Shown: piece after piece, positions 1 through 8,233 of the stretch
Position numbering within the stretch: position 1 is the first letter of the stretch
How the letters are laid out: each line of letters opens with the position of its first letter
Source of the DNA: an uncultured Dehalococcoidales bacterium
GTDB lineage: Bacteria > Chloroflexota > Dehalococcoidia > Dehalococcoidales > Fen-1064
Direction: 5' to 3'
Length of the DNA: 38,190 nt
NCBI GenBank assembly: GCA_964354765.1
Contig: CAYHBE010000001.1
Location: 1-38,190 of the forward strand
Notes under the pieces: generated by a model
The model's input: the letters and a program-made list of their open reading frames with translations, nothing else
The model's database searches: none
Told to the model about the DNA's origin: nothing
Translations under genes and position numbers: made by a program

Positions 1-341
1 TTATCAGAAAACAATAGATATATTCCCAGCAAGATAACGACCGGAGGCAGTACATAATTCCAGAATCCTCCCACATCCCCAAAGAGCCTGCCCAAGGCAC
101 CGGCAACTACTCCCAGGATAGTAAAGGTGATTGTCAGTCCTAGTGTAAACATCAGTGAATACTGGACGGCTTTTTGTTGCGAGCCTTCGGCATACCCACC
201 GACATAACCGATAATAAGTGGTATCATCGCTAACACACATGGACTGGCGCTCGAAACAACCCCACCAAAGAAACAGGCAGGGAAAGCAAGCCAGCCCTGG
301 TTCTGTATAATATCCCCGATACCAGCTATCAAACTTTCCAA
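1..341 (-). CDS. ccdA: CcdA/DsbD-family transmembrane thiol:disulfide electron-transfer protein (cytochrome c biogenesis type). N-terminal 113 codons only; the 3' end runs off the window start.
   Basis: My own translation of the complement frame ending at 341; this gene is not in the ORF track. The TTG start at 339-341 directly abuts the stop of the upstream thioredoxin gene. Translation: (M)ESLIAGIGDIIQNQGWLAFPACFFGGVVSSASPCVLAMIPLIIGYVGGYAEGSQQKAVQYSLMFTLGLTITFTILGVVAGALGRLFGDVGGFWNYVLPPVVILLGIYLLFSD.. It has a conserved Cys in TM1 (SPC) and a CcdA-like helix pattern. The listed ORF 4..240 is a different, spurious frame. Confidence 0.75.
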   Translation of the reverse strand, partial: MESLIAGIGDIIQNQGWLAFPACFFGGVVSSASPCVLAMIPLIIGYVGGYAEGSQQKAVQYSLMFTLGLTITFTILGVVAGALGRLFGDVGGFWNYVLPPVVILLGIYLLFSD

Positions 342-749
342 TTACTCGATCCCCATTTGCTTTAGCTTGATAATCATGTCTTTCTCAGGGTAGAAACCAA
401 TATGCCGGAATGTTTCAGTACCACTGCTATCAAAAAATATCTGAGTTGGAATTGCCATTATGCCGTAACGTGAGGTAAGGCTTCGGTAATCATCGACGCT
501 GACAATCACCACATTTAATTTATCTTTATATAACAAAGCTAATTCGTCCAGAATAGGCTTCATTTCTTTACAAGGTATACATGTTCCCCGCCCGAATTCT
601 GCGAGGGTTGGCGTTCCACTTGATAAAGCTTTTTCAAGCGGTGAAGCTGCTAGTGGAGTATAAAAGTCAGTCGCTGTGCGTGAGCATCCTATCAATAAAA
701 GCAAAATAGGTAACAAAAGTATGGAGATTACCCAGATTATTCTTGTCAT
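342..749 (-). CDS. Secreted or lipid-anchored thioredoxin-fold protein (TlpA/ResA-like thiol:disulfide oxidoreductase)
   Basis: 135 aa. N-terminal signal peptide with lipobox LLIGC. Thioredoxin CxxC motif GTCIPC followed by a typical Trx-fold sequence (MAIPTQIFFD). It lies immediately upstream of ccdA with no spacer. Confidence 0.8.
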   Translation of the reverse strand: MTRIIWVISILLLPILLLLIGCSRTATDFYTPLAASPLEKALSSGTPTLAEFGRGTCIPCKEMKPILDELALLYKDKLNVVIVSVDDYRSLTSRYGIMAIPTQIFFDSSGTETFRHIGFYPEKDMIIKLKQMGIE

Positions 750-918
750 GCGTATCCTCTAATTACTATGTGAGATATTATAAAGTGACCAAGCGATTCG
801 TTATCCTAAATCCGCCTCTTTTTTTCATATGGTTATACTAGTCATCCCCTTGTCCTCATCGGTCTGGCTGATATTTAGCTTCAAAGTCACTATTTCAACT
901 CAATTCGAAGCCATCTGT

Positions 919-1170
919 CTAGGCTTCCTTTGATAAAGCCGTGGTGATAAAAGTAGTCACTTCTGCCTTACTGGGTAGACGTCCGGAAACAACAAGTTTT
1001 TCATTAATTACTAAACCAGGTGTAGCGAGTATGGGGTATGCCATGATCTTCTTGATATCCTTCACTTTTTCCACAGTGGCATCGATGGCGAGATCCTTGA
1101 TTACCTCACGGGTAATCTTCTCGAGCTGATCGCACTTAGCTCAACCCATGCCGAGTACCTTGATTACCAT
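919..1170 (-). CDS. Small thioredoxin-fold protein of the redox-active disulfide protein 2 type, with an in-frame TGA (1141-1143) at the first CxxC position. Candidate selenoprotein, 83 codons.
   Basis: My own translation: MVIKVLGMG-[TGA]-AKCDQLEKITREVIKDLAIDATVEKVKDIKKIMAYPILATPGLVINEKLVVSGRLPSKAEVTTFITTALSKEA-TAG. SD AGGAGG at 1178-1183, 7 nt before ATG 1168-1170. The sequence on both sides of the TGA matches the short GxGCxxC thioredoxin-like family. The ORF track shows only the antisense shadow ORF 941..1129. Confidence 0.65.
1089..1123 (-). promoter_or_regulatory. SECIS-like stem-loop 17 nt 3' of the in-frame UGA
   Basis: The mRNA (complement, 1123->1089) can fold as CGAGA-A-GAUUACC-CGUGA-GGUAAUC-AAGGA-UCUCG. 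That gives a 7-bp perfect upper stem, a 5-nt apical loop containing GU, an internal loop and a 5-bp lower stem. The distance and shape fit bacterial SelB-binding elements. Confidence 0.5.
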
Positions 1171-1257
1171 TGACCGTCCTCCTATTTTTATTACTTGTTA
1201 ACCAACTTGTTATTTTTAACCAGCCGTACTGACCAATCCAATTCTGAATCCGGGATA

Positions 1258-2262
1258 TTAAAGAAGCAAATACCCAAAGGCGTTGAATAGAAAACCAATC
1301 GCGATAATGCCCAGGGCAACAATACCGACTAAAACGACCAATAGCTTCATTTTGATAACGTTCTTCAACAAAACCATCGACGGCAGCGAGAGAGCCGTGA
1401 CAGCCATCATAAATGAGAGGGCGGTACCGAGCCCTACCCCTTTTGACACCAGTGCTTCAGCAATTGGCAGTGTCCCAAAAATATCGGCATACATGGGGAC
1501 GCCGACTATAGTGCCAACAAAAACCGAGTACCACTTATCCTGGCCTAGAACAGTTGATATTATCGACTCTGGAATCCAATTGTGAATAGCAGCGCCTATT
1601 GCAACGCCCGCCACCACGTATATCCATACCCTTTTTACGATGTCGGATAACTGGTTTCTTGCGAAAATGATCCTATCATGGCTGGTCATTTTTTCCTGGT
1701 CAACTTCGAGCATTTTATTGCCGAAGACAAATGGCTCTACGTATTTCTCAAGTTTTAGCTTGCTTATCATGGTTCCCGCAAGAACAGCAAGAATGACGCC
1801 AACAACGACATAAGCTAATGCAATAGGCCAGTTAAATATGCTGGCAAGTAAAAGCACAGATGCCAGGTCTACCAAGGGCGAAGATATCAGAAAAGAAAAG
1901 GTGATCCCAATCGGCAATCCGGCACTGGTAAAGCCAATGAAGAGCGGAATAGATGAACATGAACAAAATGGTGTTAACGTCCCAAGTAAAGCGCCTAGCA
2001 TATTTGCCCAGATACCGGTAAATCTCCCGAGAATTTTCCTGGATCTTTCAGGCGGGAAGAAGCTCTGGAGATATGATATTACAAAAATGAGGACAGAAAG
2101 AAGGATGAATATTTTCACCACATCATAGAGGAAAAATTGAATGCTCCCCCCGACCTTGCCCTCAACATCCAATTTAAATACGTTTGTTACTAACCATGTG
2201 ACTAAATTGCTCAGCCATTCCATTCTGAGCAACTGATCGTTTAGCCATCCAAAAATAATCAA
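1258..2262 (-). CDS. Multi-pass permease, COG0701 / ArsP-like (DUF318) family
   Basis: 334 aa, highly hydrophobic. Has the characteristic TPFCSCSSIPLF motif of this permease family. Sits between ArsR and the Trx-like gene, a recurrent arrangement. The start is uncertain: TTG at 2262 or ATG 13 codons in. Confidence 0.8.
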   Translation of the reverse strand: MIIFGWLNDQLLRMEWLSNLVTWLVTNVFKLDVEGKVGGSIQFFLYDVVKIFILLSVLIFVISYLQSFFPPERSRKILGRFTGIWANMLGALLGTLTPFCSCSSIPLFIGFTSAGLPIGITFSFLISSPLVDLASVLLLASIFNWPIALAYVVVGVILAVLAGTMISKLKLEKYVEPFVFGNKMLEVDQEKMTSHDRIIFARNQLSDIVKRVWIYVVAGVAIGAAIHNWIPESIISTVLGQDKWYSVFVGTIVGVPMYADIFGTLPIAEALVSKGVGLGTALSFMMAVTALSLPSMVLLKNVIKMKLLVVLVGIVALGIIAIGFLFNAFGYLLL

Positions 2263-2355
2263 CTGGATTCCGTCCTGAGTTTAAACGAATAAAAATAAAT
2301 TCTTTCGGCTATTCTCGTTTGAATGCATGAGGTAAGAAAGATATTGATATGCAAA

Positions 2356-2739
2356 TTACGCTTCTTTCACAAGAACCTTTTGGGCTGCCGATGTCTCTAC
2401 ACATCGTGCGCCAACACGCTGCGATTCCTTAAGTCGCTTTTTATCCAGTGCCGCTATCCTGTCGTTCTTCATTACTTCTTTGACAGCTTCGAGTAATTGA
2501 GTCCGATACCCTGCGACTCCATCTCTGTCAATCGAGTACATGGACCACAATCCATCTTTCCGCAATGTTAAAAAGCCAGCGTAATATAGAGTGGTCAGGC
2601 AACGTGAAGCCCTGGATTGTGATATCTCGAGAGCTTGCATGACCTCACAAACACAGCATTCTCGTTCTAAAAGGATGTTGAGGACACGCAGCTTGGTCTC
2701 ATCGGACAGCACTTTAAAAGCTTTTACTGTTTCCCTCAT
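2356..2739 (-). CDS. arsR: ArsR/SmtB-family metalloregulatory transcriptional repressor
   Basis: 127 aa. Winged-HTH region LSDETKLRVLNILLERECCVCEVMQALEISQSRASRCLTTL with a CVC-type metalloid-binding motif. SD GAGGTGA lies before the ATG. Confidence 0.9.
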   Translation of the reverse strand: MRETVKAFKVLSDETKLRVLNILLERECCVCEVMQALEISQSRASRCLTTLYYAGFLTLRKDGLWSMYSIDRDGVAGYRTQLLEAVKEVMKNDRIAALDKKRLKESQRVGARCVETSAAQKVLVKEA

Positions 2740-2757
2740 TTCTCACCTCGTCAACTG

Positions 2758-2812
2758 TATGCATAAACCTGCATACAAGCATATAATAACTTGTTGAACA
2801 GTTGGTTGTCAA
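2758..2812 (-). promoter_or_regulatory. Putative arsR-cluster promoter plus operator palindrome
   Basis: Complement strand: TTGACA (2812-2807), an 18-nt spacer, then TATTAT (2788-2783). The inverted repeat TATGCA-N6-TGCATA (2758-2775) overlaps the predicted transcription start, and a third GCATA half-site lies at 2779-2783. Confidence 0.35.
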
Positions 2813-2919
2813 CGCATAATATTGTGGTAATCACGCCTATGAGGATGTCATCAAGCGGTAGATAATATATTGTCTACCGATAAAATAAGCACTAGATGGT
2901 AGGAGTGCTGTCCTGCCTG

Positions 2920-3915
2920 TCAACTGAATTGTACTCCAAAAATCACCTTGATAAAGTAGACGATGGCCGGAGAAATAAGTGACGCTAGCAGCTGGCGAAG
3001 TATAGAAGCGGTGTAAGGCCAATCATGAATGCTCCGCACATTGGCTTCGTATGTCCCCCAGGCTGTAACCTCGGAAAATACAGTCTCATCTGTCTCCTCC
3101 GCTCCGAGTGAGCTCGACCCTCGCATCTTGCGGAAGGCTATTGTAAGTTTTTCCTGTGCCGCATTAAGCTCTCGCTGTTTGACCCGTAGAATCGCGTTGT
3201 GGGTGCTTAGCATGGAAGAGAAGAAAATCAGGATAGTAGTGACAATGAGGATGCCATATACAGAGATACTGATGGCATTAAGAAGACTATCGTATGGCAC
3301 AAAAATCAAACTGATGGTGATACCGCCAATGAATGCCAGTGAGACACCCAGACTCCACTTTGCCACCGGCGACAGTAGTTCCAGATTGAAGATATCCAGG
3401 TACTGGATCGAACGCGTCAACCGCGTCAGGTTGCGAACACCGCGCAACCCCGTGTAAACCAACCAGCCAAGCAGTCCTATCATCGTAAATTGGGTGACTA
3501 AACGGTACCACTCGAACCATCCATCGGGCCAACCGTCCCAGGTATGCGAAATCACCACTATAGTTCCGATAGATGCTAAAGCTGTCCCTGATTCTCGCCA
3601 GCGGTCGTTTTTAGTCAGATCCGTTATCAGCTTTTCTTTGAGCTTACTATCTTTTATGAGAGGGAACAGAGTATTAATCGCTCGATTCCAGTAGCCGTTT
3701 ATTATCGGGCTGACCAAGATAATGTATATGATGATTGTAGGTGCCTGCACGCTGCCGCGCCAGAATTCCCAGTCCATTTGTCTGAAAGTGATCCGGTCGA
3801 GCAGCGCCGACCCGACGAGTAAAGCCAGCAGGATTACAGCAAGGAGCATAATCCCTGCGTATCGCATTCGACCTGATCGCGGCATTTTCTCGATAATAGC
3901 TGATTTTACACGCAA
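2920..3915 (-). CDS. Hypothetical multi-pass membrane protein with a C-terminal coiled-coil-like segment
   Basis: 331 aa ORF with several hydrophobic helices. I recognise no motif. TTG start at 3915 is preceded by AGGAAA; alternative ATG starts lie 10 and 16 codons in. Confidence 0.55.
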   Translation of the reverse strand: MRVKSAIIEKMPRSGRMRYAGIMLLAVILLALLVGSALLDRITFRQMDWEFWRGSVQAPTIIIYIILVSPIINGYWNRAINTLFPLIKDSKLKEKLITDLTKNDRWRESGTALASIGTIVVISHTWDGWPDGWFEWYRLVTQFTMIGLLGWLVYTGLRGVRNLTRLTRSIQYLDIFNLELLSPVAKWSLGVSLAFIGGITISLIFVPYDSLLNAISISVYGILIVTTILIFFSSMLSTHNAILRVKQRELNAAQEKLTIAFRKMRGSSSLGAEETDETVFSEVTAWGTYEANVRSIHDWPYTASILRQLLASLISPAIVYFIKVIFGVQFS

Positions 3916-4012
3916 CGAAATTTCCTGGTGTTCTTTTTTCGTGAGATAAACAACTCAACGATAAATAAAACATGATGCAAAGTCAAGGACTTCAGCAATA
4001 ACCATCACCCGA

Positions 4013-4021
4013 TGCTATAAT
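4013..4021 (+). promoter_or_regulatory. Extended -10 promoter element (TGCTATAAT) 11 nt upstream of the pcrA ATG
   Basis: TG at 4013-4014 and TATAAT at 4016-4021, with the ATG at 4033. There is no SD in between, which implies a leaderless or near-leaderless mRNA. Confidence 0.4.
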
Positions 4022-4032
4022 TAATTGATTAA

Positions 4033-6231
4033 ATGGACATTTTAGACGAACTTAATCCTGCCCAACGCCAGGCAGTCGAAGCTATTACCGGACCAGTGCT
4101 GATCCTGGCAGGACCTGGCAGTGGTAAAACACGCGTCATCACCCACCGTATTGCTTATCTCATACGATTCTGCAAGGTAAATCCGCGACGTATCATGGCG
4201 GTTACCTTTACGAATAAAGCGGCTCGGGAAATGGAAAGTCGACTTAAAAACCTGGTAAGTAGATCAGTTGAACAGTTAACAATCGGGACGTTTCATGCTA
4301 TCTGCGCGAAGATATTGAGAATCGACGGCAAAGCAATCGGCATCGAGTCCAAGTTCGTGATTTATGATGGCGATGACCAAGTCGCGATTATCAAACGCAG
4401 TTTCGAAGAGTTGAGACTCGACCCCAAGCAATATAATCCGTCGGCAGTCGCCAGCGCCATCTCACATGCGAAGAGTAAGATGGTCTCTCCATCTGAATAT
4501 CAAAAACATAACCGCAGCTACTTCGAAGAGATCGTCGGCCGCGTCTACGAATGCTACGAACAGATGCTCCGAGCAAGCCAGGCGCTCGATTTCGACGACC
4601 TCCTATTGAAAGTGGTCGAGTTGTTAAAAAAAAGTCCCGAAACACTCAAGCATTATCAAGATCGCTATGCTCATGTCATGGTGGATGAATTCCAGGACAC
4701 GAACCTCGTCCAGTACGAGTTGGTTAAGCTCATTAGCGGTAGATACCGCAACATTTGCGTAGTCGGTGACCCCGACCAGTCGATATATTCGTGGCGGTCT
4801 GCCGATCTCCGCAATATATTGAGTTTTGAAAAGGACTTTCCCGATGCCAAGGTTATTTTCCTCGAGCAGAACTACCGGTCGACCAAGACTATACTGGAGA
4901 CTGCTTCGCATGTTATTTCCACCAACCAGCAGCGCAAACCAGTAAAGCTGTGGACTGAGAATGTCAAGGGAGAGAAAATTAACGTCATCGAGGCATTTAC
5001 CGAGCAAGACGAAGCGTTATTTGTGGTGAGGGAAGTGGAACGACTCGTCAGCCATGACGAATTTAAACCCGGCGACATTGCCGTCATGTACCGTACCAAT
5101 GCACAGTCGCGAGTCCTTGAGGAAGCTTTTATAAGATATGGAATGCCTTATCGACTTGTCGCCGGGACTCGATTTTACGAACGGCGTGAAGTCAAAGATG
5201 TGATTGCTTATTTTCGACTTATCCAGAATTCTCAGGACAGCGTCAGCTTGCTGCGTATTATCAATGTGCCGGGACGCGGTATCGGACAGCAGACGCTGAA
5301 CAAACTTACCGCATGGGCTAATTCGATGGGTATTTCGATATTCGAAGCGCTGAACAGGATGTTGGAAGCCAGAAAAAAAGACAGTAGCCTTCAGCAGCCG
5401 TTCGATACGCGGTCAACTGATGTTTTGGTTCGATTCGTTCGAATACTCAACGACTGTATTTTAAAAAGTCGGGAAAAGAACCTAGCGGAGTTATTCGATT
5501 TTCTCATGGAATGTTCGGGGTACAAGCAATATACTTTAAATGACGCCGACGGCCAAGAACGGTGGGAAAATGTCATGGAGCTACGGACCGTCGCCGAGCA
5601 ATACCGCGACTTGTCTCCATCGGAAGCCTTAACAGAATTCCTGGAGAAAGTAGCTCTGGTTTCGGACGTCGATGGGATGGAGGAGGGAGTCGACCGCGTC
5701 ACCCTGATTACGCTCCACCAGGCGAAGGGGCTGGAGTTTCCGGTAGTATTTATCATCGGGATGGAGGAAAAGCTCCTGCCGCATATCCGGTCGATGGACG
5801 ATCCTGCCCAAATGGAGGAGGAACGTCGACTTGCCTACGTGGGGATTACGCGGGCAAAGAAGAAGGTTTACCTGGTACATGCTTTCCGACGCTCCTTCAT
5901 GGGGATGAGTACCATCAATCCACCCTCGCGGTTTCTCGACGATATTCCCAAAGAGTTAACTGTTTCACCCGACTGGTCGGAGGAAAGCAGCAAATCGGTC
6001 GAATCATTGTACTCGTGGAACCGGGTACGATCTGATGAACCAGCGAAAGCAGCGGTGGAATCGACGATGGACTTGAAGGACGGCGACCGCGTTCGACATA
6101 CGCAGTTCGGCGAAGGTCTCGTGATCAGTATGAAAAAAGCGAAGGGCGACTGCGAAGTGACAGTAGCTTTTGACAAAGTCGGACTGAAACGATTGATGTT
6201 GAGCTTTGCCCGACTAGAAAAAATATCCTGA
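4033..6231 (+). CDS. pcrA: ATP-dependent DNA helicase PcrA/UvrD (superfamily 1)
   Basis: 732 aa. Walker A AGPGSGKT, motif II DEFQDT, and typical UvrD helicase motifs throughout (TFHAICAKIL, VGDPDQSIYSWRSA, QNYRST, TLHQAKGLEF, LAYVGITRAK). Confidence 0.95.
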   Translation: MDILDELNPAQRQAVEAITGPVLILAGPGSGKTRVITHRIAYLIRFCKVNPRRIMAVTFTNKAAREMESRLKNLVSRSVEQLTIGTFHAICAKILRIDGKAIGIESKFVIYDGDDQVAIIKRSFEELRLDPKQYNPSAVASAISHAKSKMVSPSEYQKHNRSYFEEIVGRVYECYEQMLRASQALDFDDLLLKVVELLKKSPETLKHYQDRYAHVMVDEFQDTNLVQYELVKLISGRYRNICVVGDPDQSIYSWRSADLRNILSFEKDFPDAKVIFLEQNYRSTKTILETASHVISTNQQRKPVKLWTENVKGEKINVIEAFTEQDEALFVVREVERLVSHDEFKPGDIAVMYRTNAQSRVLEEAFIRYGMPYRLVAGTRFYERREVKDVIAYFRLIQNSQDSVSLLRIINVPGRGIGQQTLNKLTAWANSMGISIFEALNRMLEARKKDSSLQQPFDTRSTDVLVRFVRILNDCILKSREKNLAELFDFLMECSGYKQYTLNDADGQERWENVMELRTVAEQYRDLSPSEALTEFLEKVALVSDVDGMEEGVDRVTLITLHQAKGLEFPVVFIIGMEEKLLPHIRSMDDPAQMEEERRLAYVGITRAKKKVYLVHAFRRSFMGMSTINPPSRFLDDIPKELTVSPDWSEESSKSVESLYSWNRVRSDEPAKAAVESTMDLKDGDRVRHTQFGEGLVISMKKAKGDCEVTVAFDKVGLKRLMLSFARLEKIS

Positions 6232-6333
6232 AAAGATATTGACTAATTACACGGAAACGTGTACCATTAACTAGACCTCAATGCAGATAATCGTAATATC
6301 TTGTACTCGAAATAAATCTGAGGGTGAATAATA

Positions 6334-8061
6334 ATGCCCATAAAAATCCTCGATGAAAGAACAATTGCGCGGATTGCTGCCGGCGAGGTGATTGAAAGAC
6401 CTGCTTCGGTGGTGAAAGAGCTGGTGGAGAATGCCCTCGATGCGACTGCTCGACAGATGACCGTGGAGTCCAGGGGCGGTGGAGTCAGCTTTATCAGGGT
6501 GGTCGATGACGGCATCGGGATACCATCATCGGAAGTGGAGCTAGCATTCGGTCGACATGCCACCTCTAAATTGTCGAGTATCGACGACCTGGAATCGCTG
6601 GACACGCTCGGATTTCGCGGCGAAGCTTTGCCCAGTATTGCTGCAGTGGCAGAAGTTGAGATCGTAACCGCAGTCTCTGGCACATCTGGTGGAGATTTTA
6701 TCCAGTTAAAAAATGGGATAGTTACCACTCATACTAGACAAGCCCGACCACGCGGTACCACCATTACTATAAAAAACCTTTTCCGAGATGTACCAGCGCG
6801 ACTCAAGTTCTTGAAATCGACCGCAACCGAGAACAGTCATATCGCGCAAATTGTCAGCCAGTATGCCCTCGCTTTCCCCGAGGTCAAGTTTACCCTGCTG
6901 CTGGATGGTCGCATTGCTCTTCAAACACCCGGGACAGGTAAATTGCTCGATAGCGTCATCGCAGTTTACGGGGTCGAGACCGCCGGTAAAATGGTCGATC
7001 TACCTGATATTGAAAATACTTGGAAATCGGAAAAAAACTCCGAAATTAAAGTCTCTGGTATGGTCAGTTCGCCGGTAATGAGCCGGGCAAATCGCGACTC
7101 TATCAGCTTTTTTGTAAATAAAAGGGCGATAAACAGTCGACAGCTCACCTTTGCTGTAGAGGAAGCTTATAGGGGACTCTTAATGCAAGGTCGACATCCG
7201 GTCGCTGTTATAAATATCGCCATGTCGTCAGCATTGTTAGATGTAAATGTTCATCCCACGAAGTCGGAAGTAAAGTTCCAGGAAGAGCGCGCCGTTTTTA
7301 GCGCCGTGCAAAGAGCCATTCGAGGCGCACTGGTCAACCTGGCGCCTATTCCTCAAATCGAAGACAAGGTACAACATTATCAAGGCAATCGTCCCACGCA
7401 AATCCAGATCAATCAATTATTTCCAAATGCGAAACATGATGAGGTGATTTTCTCTTCCAATGCAACTCAGCAGTCCCCCATTCCCGTCGTGACAGTTCTC
7501 CCAGCGTTACGTGTCATTGGACAGGTGAATAACTGCTATACCGTGGCTGAAGGGCCCGATGGCGTTTATATCATCGACCAGCATGCTGCGCATGAGCGGA
7601 TTCTTTACGAAAAGATTAAAAAAGACAAGGCCAGTAAAGATATCGAGGTTCAGGGACTGCTTGAGCCGACGACTTTAGACGTAACGCCTCGACAGCACGC
7701 CGTGCTGCAGGAGTGTTATCAAGACTTACAGGAATATGGCTTTACCATCGCGCCTTTTGGTGCACGGAGTTATCTGGTGCGGACCGTACCAGCGGTGTTG
7801 AGTCGGGGCGACTGGCTTTCTGCGGTGCGTGAGTTCCTGGACGATCCCACCCACCGGGACAAAGAGCGCAGTGAGGCTATTACAAAGACGCTAGCCTGTC
7901 ATGGAGCGGTGCGGTCGGGACAATCGCTGAGCGACGAAGAAATGCGGTCTTTAATCCGCCAATTGGAGCTAACGCAGGATCCCTATCATTGCCCGCATGG
8001 TCGACCGACCCTAATCCAACTGAGCATCCGGCAACTTGAAAAAGAGTTCGGAAGAGGGTAA
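6334..8061 (+). CDS. mutL: DNA mismatch repair protein MutL
   Basis: 575 aa. N-terminal GHKL ATPase signature IAAGEVIERPASVVKELVENALDA, plus a C-terminal dimerisation/endonuclease region ending CPHGRPT. Confidence 0.95.
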   Translation: MPIKILDERTIARIAAGEVIERPASVVKELVENALDATARQMTVESRGGGVSFIRVVDDGIGIPSSEVELAFGRHATSKLSSIDDLESLDTLGFRGEALPSIAAVAEVEIVTAVSGTSGGDFIQLKNGIVTTHTRQARPRGTTITIKNLFRDVPARLKFLKSTATENSHIAQIVSQYALAFPEVKFTLLLDGRIALQTPGTGKLLDSVIAVYGVETAGKMVDLPDIENTWKSEKNSEIKVSGMVSSPVMSRANRDSISFFVNKRAINSRQLTFAVEEAYRGLLMQGRHPVAVINIAMSSALLDVNVHPTKSEVKFQEERAVFSAVQRAIRGALVNLAPIPQIEDKVQHYQGNRPTQIQINQLFPNAKHDEVIFSSNATQQSPIPVVTVLPALRVIGQVNNCYTVAEGPDGVYIIDQHAAHERILYEKIKKDKASKDIEVQGLLEPTTLDVTPRQHAVLQECYQDLQEYGFTIAPFGARSYLVRTVPAVLSRGDWLSAVREFLDDPTHRDKERSEAITKTLACHGAVRSGQSLSDEEMRSLIRQLELTQDPYHCPHGRPTLIQLSIRQLEKEFGRG

Positions 8062-8177
8062 TTCTTGCCTTACACAAAACTTAGAGTGAAGCCGGTTGCT
8101 CATTACATGGTTCCGGACTTGCTGCCAAATGTTTATAAATCGATTCCAGAGTGAATCCGGAATCATAAATAATCTTT

Positions 8178-8206
8178 TTGACACACCACTTTTCTTATCC
8201 TATAAT
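8178..8206 (+). promoter_or_regulatory. Perfect sigma-70 consensus promoter (TTGACA, 17 nt, TATAAT)
   Basis: TTGACA at 8178-8183, a 17-nt spacer, and TATAAT at 8201-8206. It is followed by SD GGGAGG (about 8224-8229) and the small ORF below. Confidence 0.55.
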
Positions 8207-8233
8207 GAGGACAATATCCGCAGGGAGGTTCCT

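Noticed and set aside
4-240. ORF-track entry of 78 aa on the complement strand at the window start
   Set aside because: It is in the wrong reading frame. The frame ending at 341 gives a clean CcdA-like membrane protein, while this frame gives a Cys/Arg-rich nonsense sequence.
941-1129. 62-aa plus-strand ORF
   Set aside because: It is the antisense shadow of the Trx-like (candidate Sec) gene. It has no SD and a low-complexity hydrophobic translation.
2856-2879. Perfect 7-bp hairpin CGGTAGA-N10-TCTACCG downstream of the 331-aa membrane protein gene
   Set aside because: It has no U-tract on either strand and an AT-only loop. It may be a weak terminator or insulator, but I cannot support a call. 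It is mentioned only as context.
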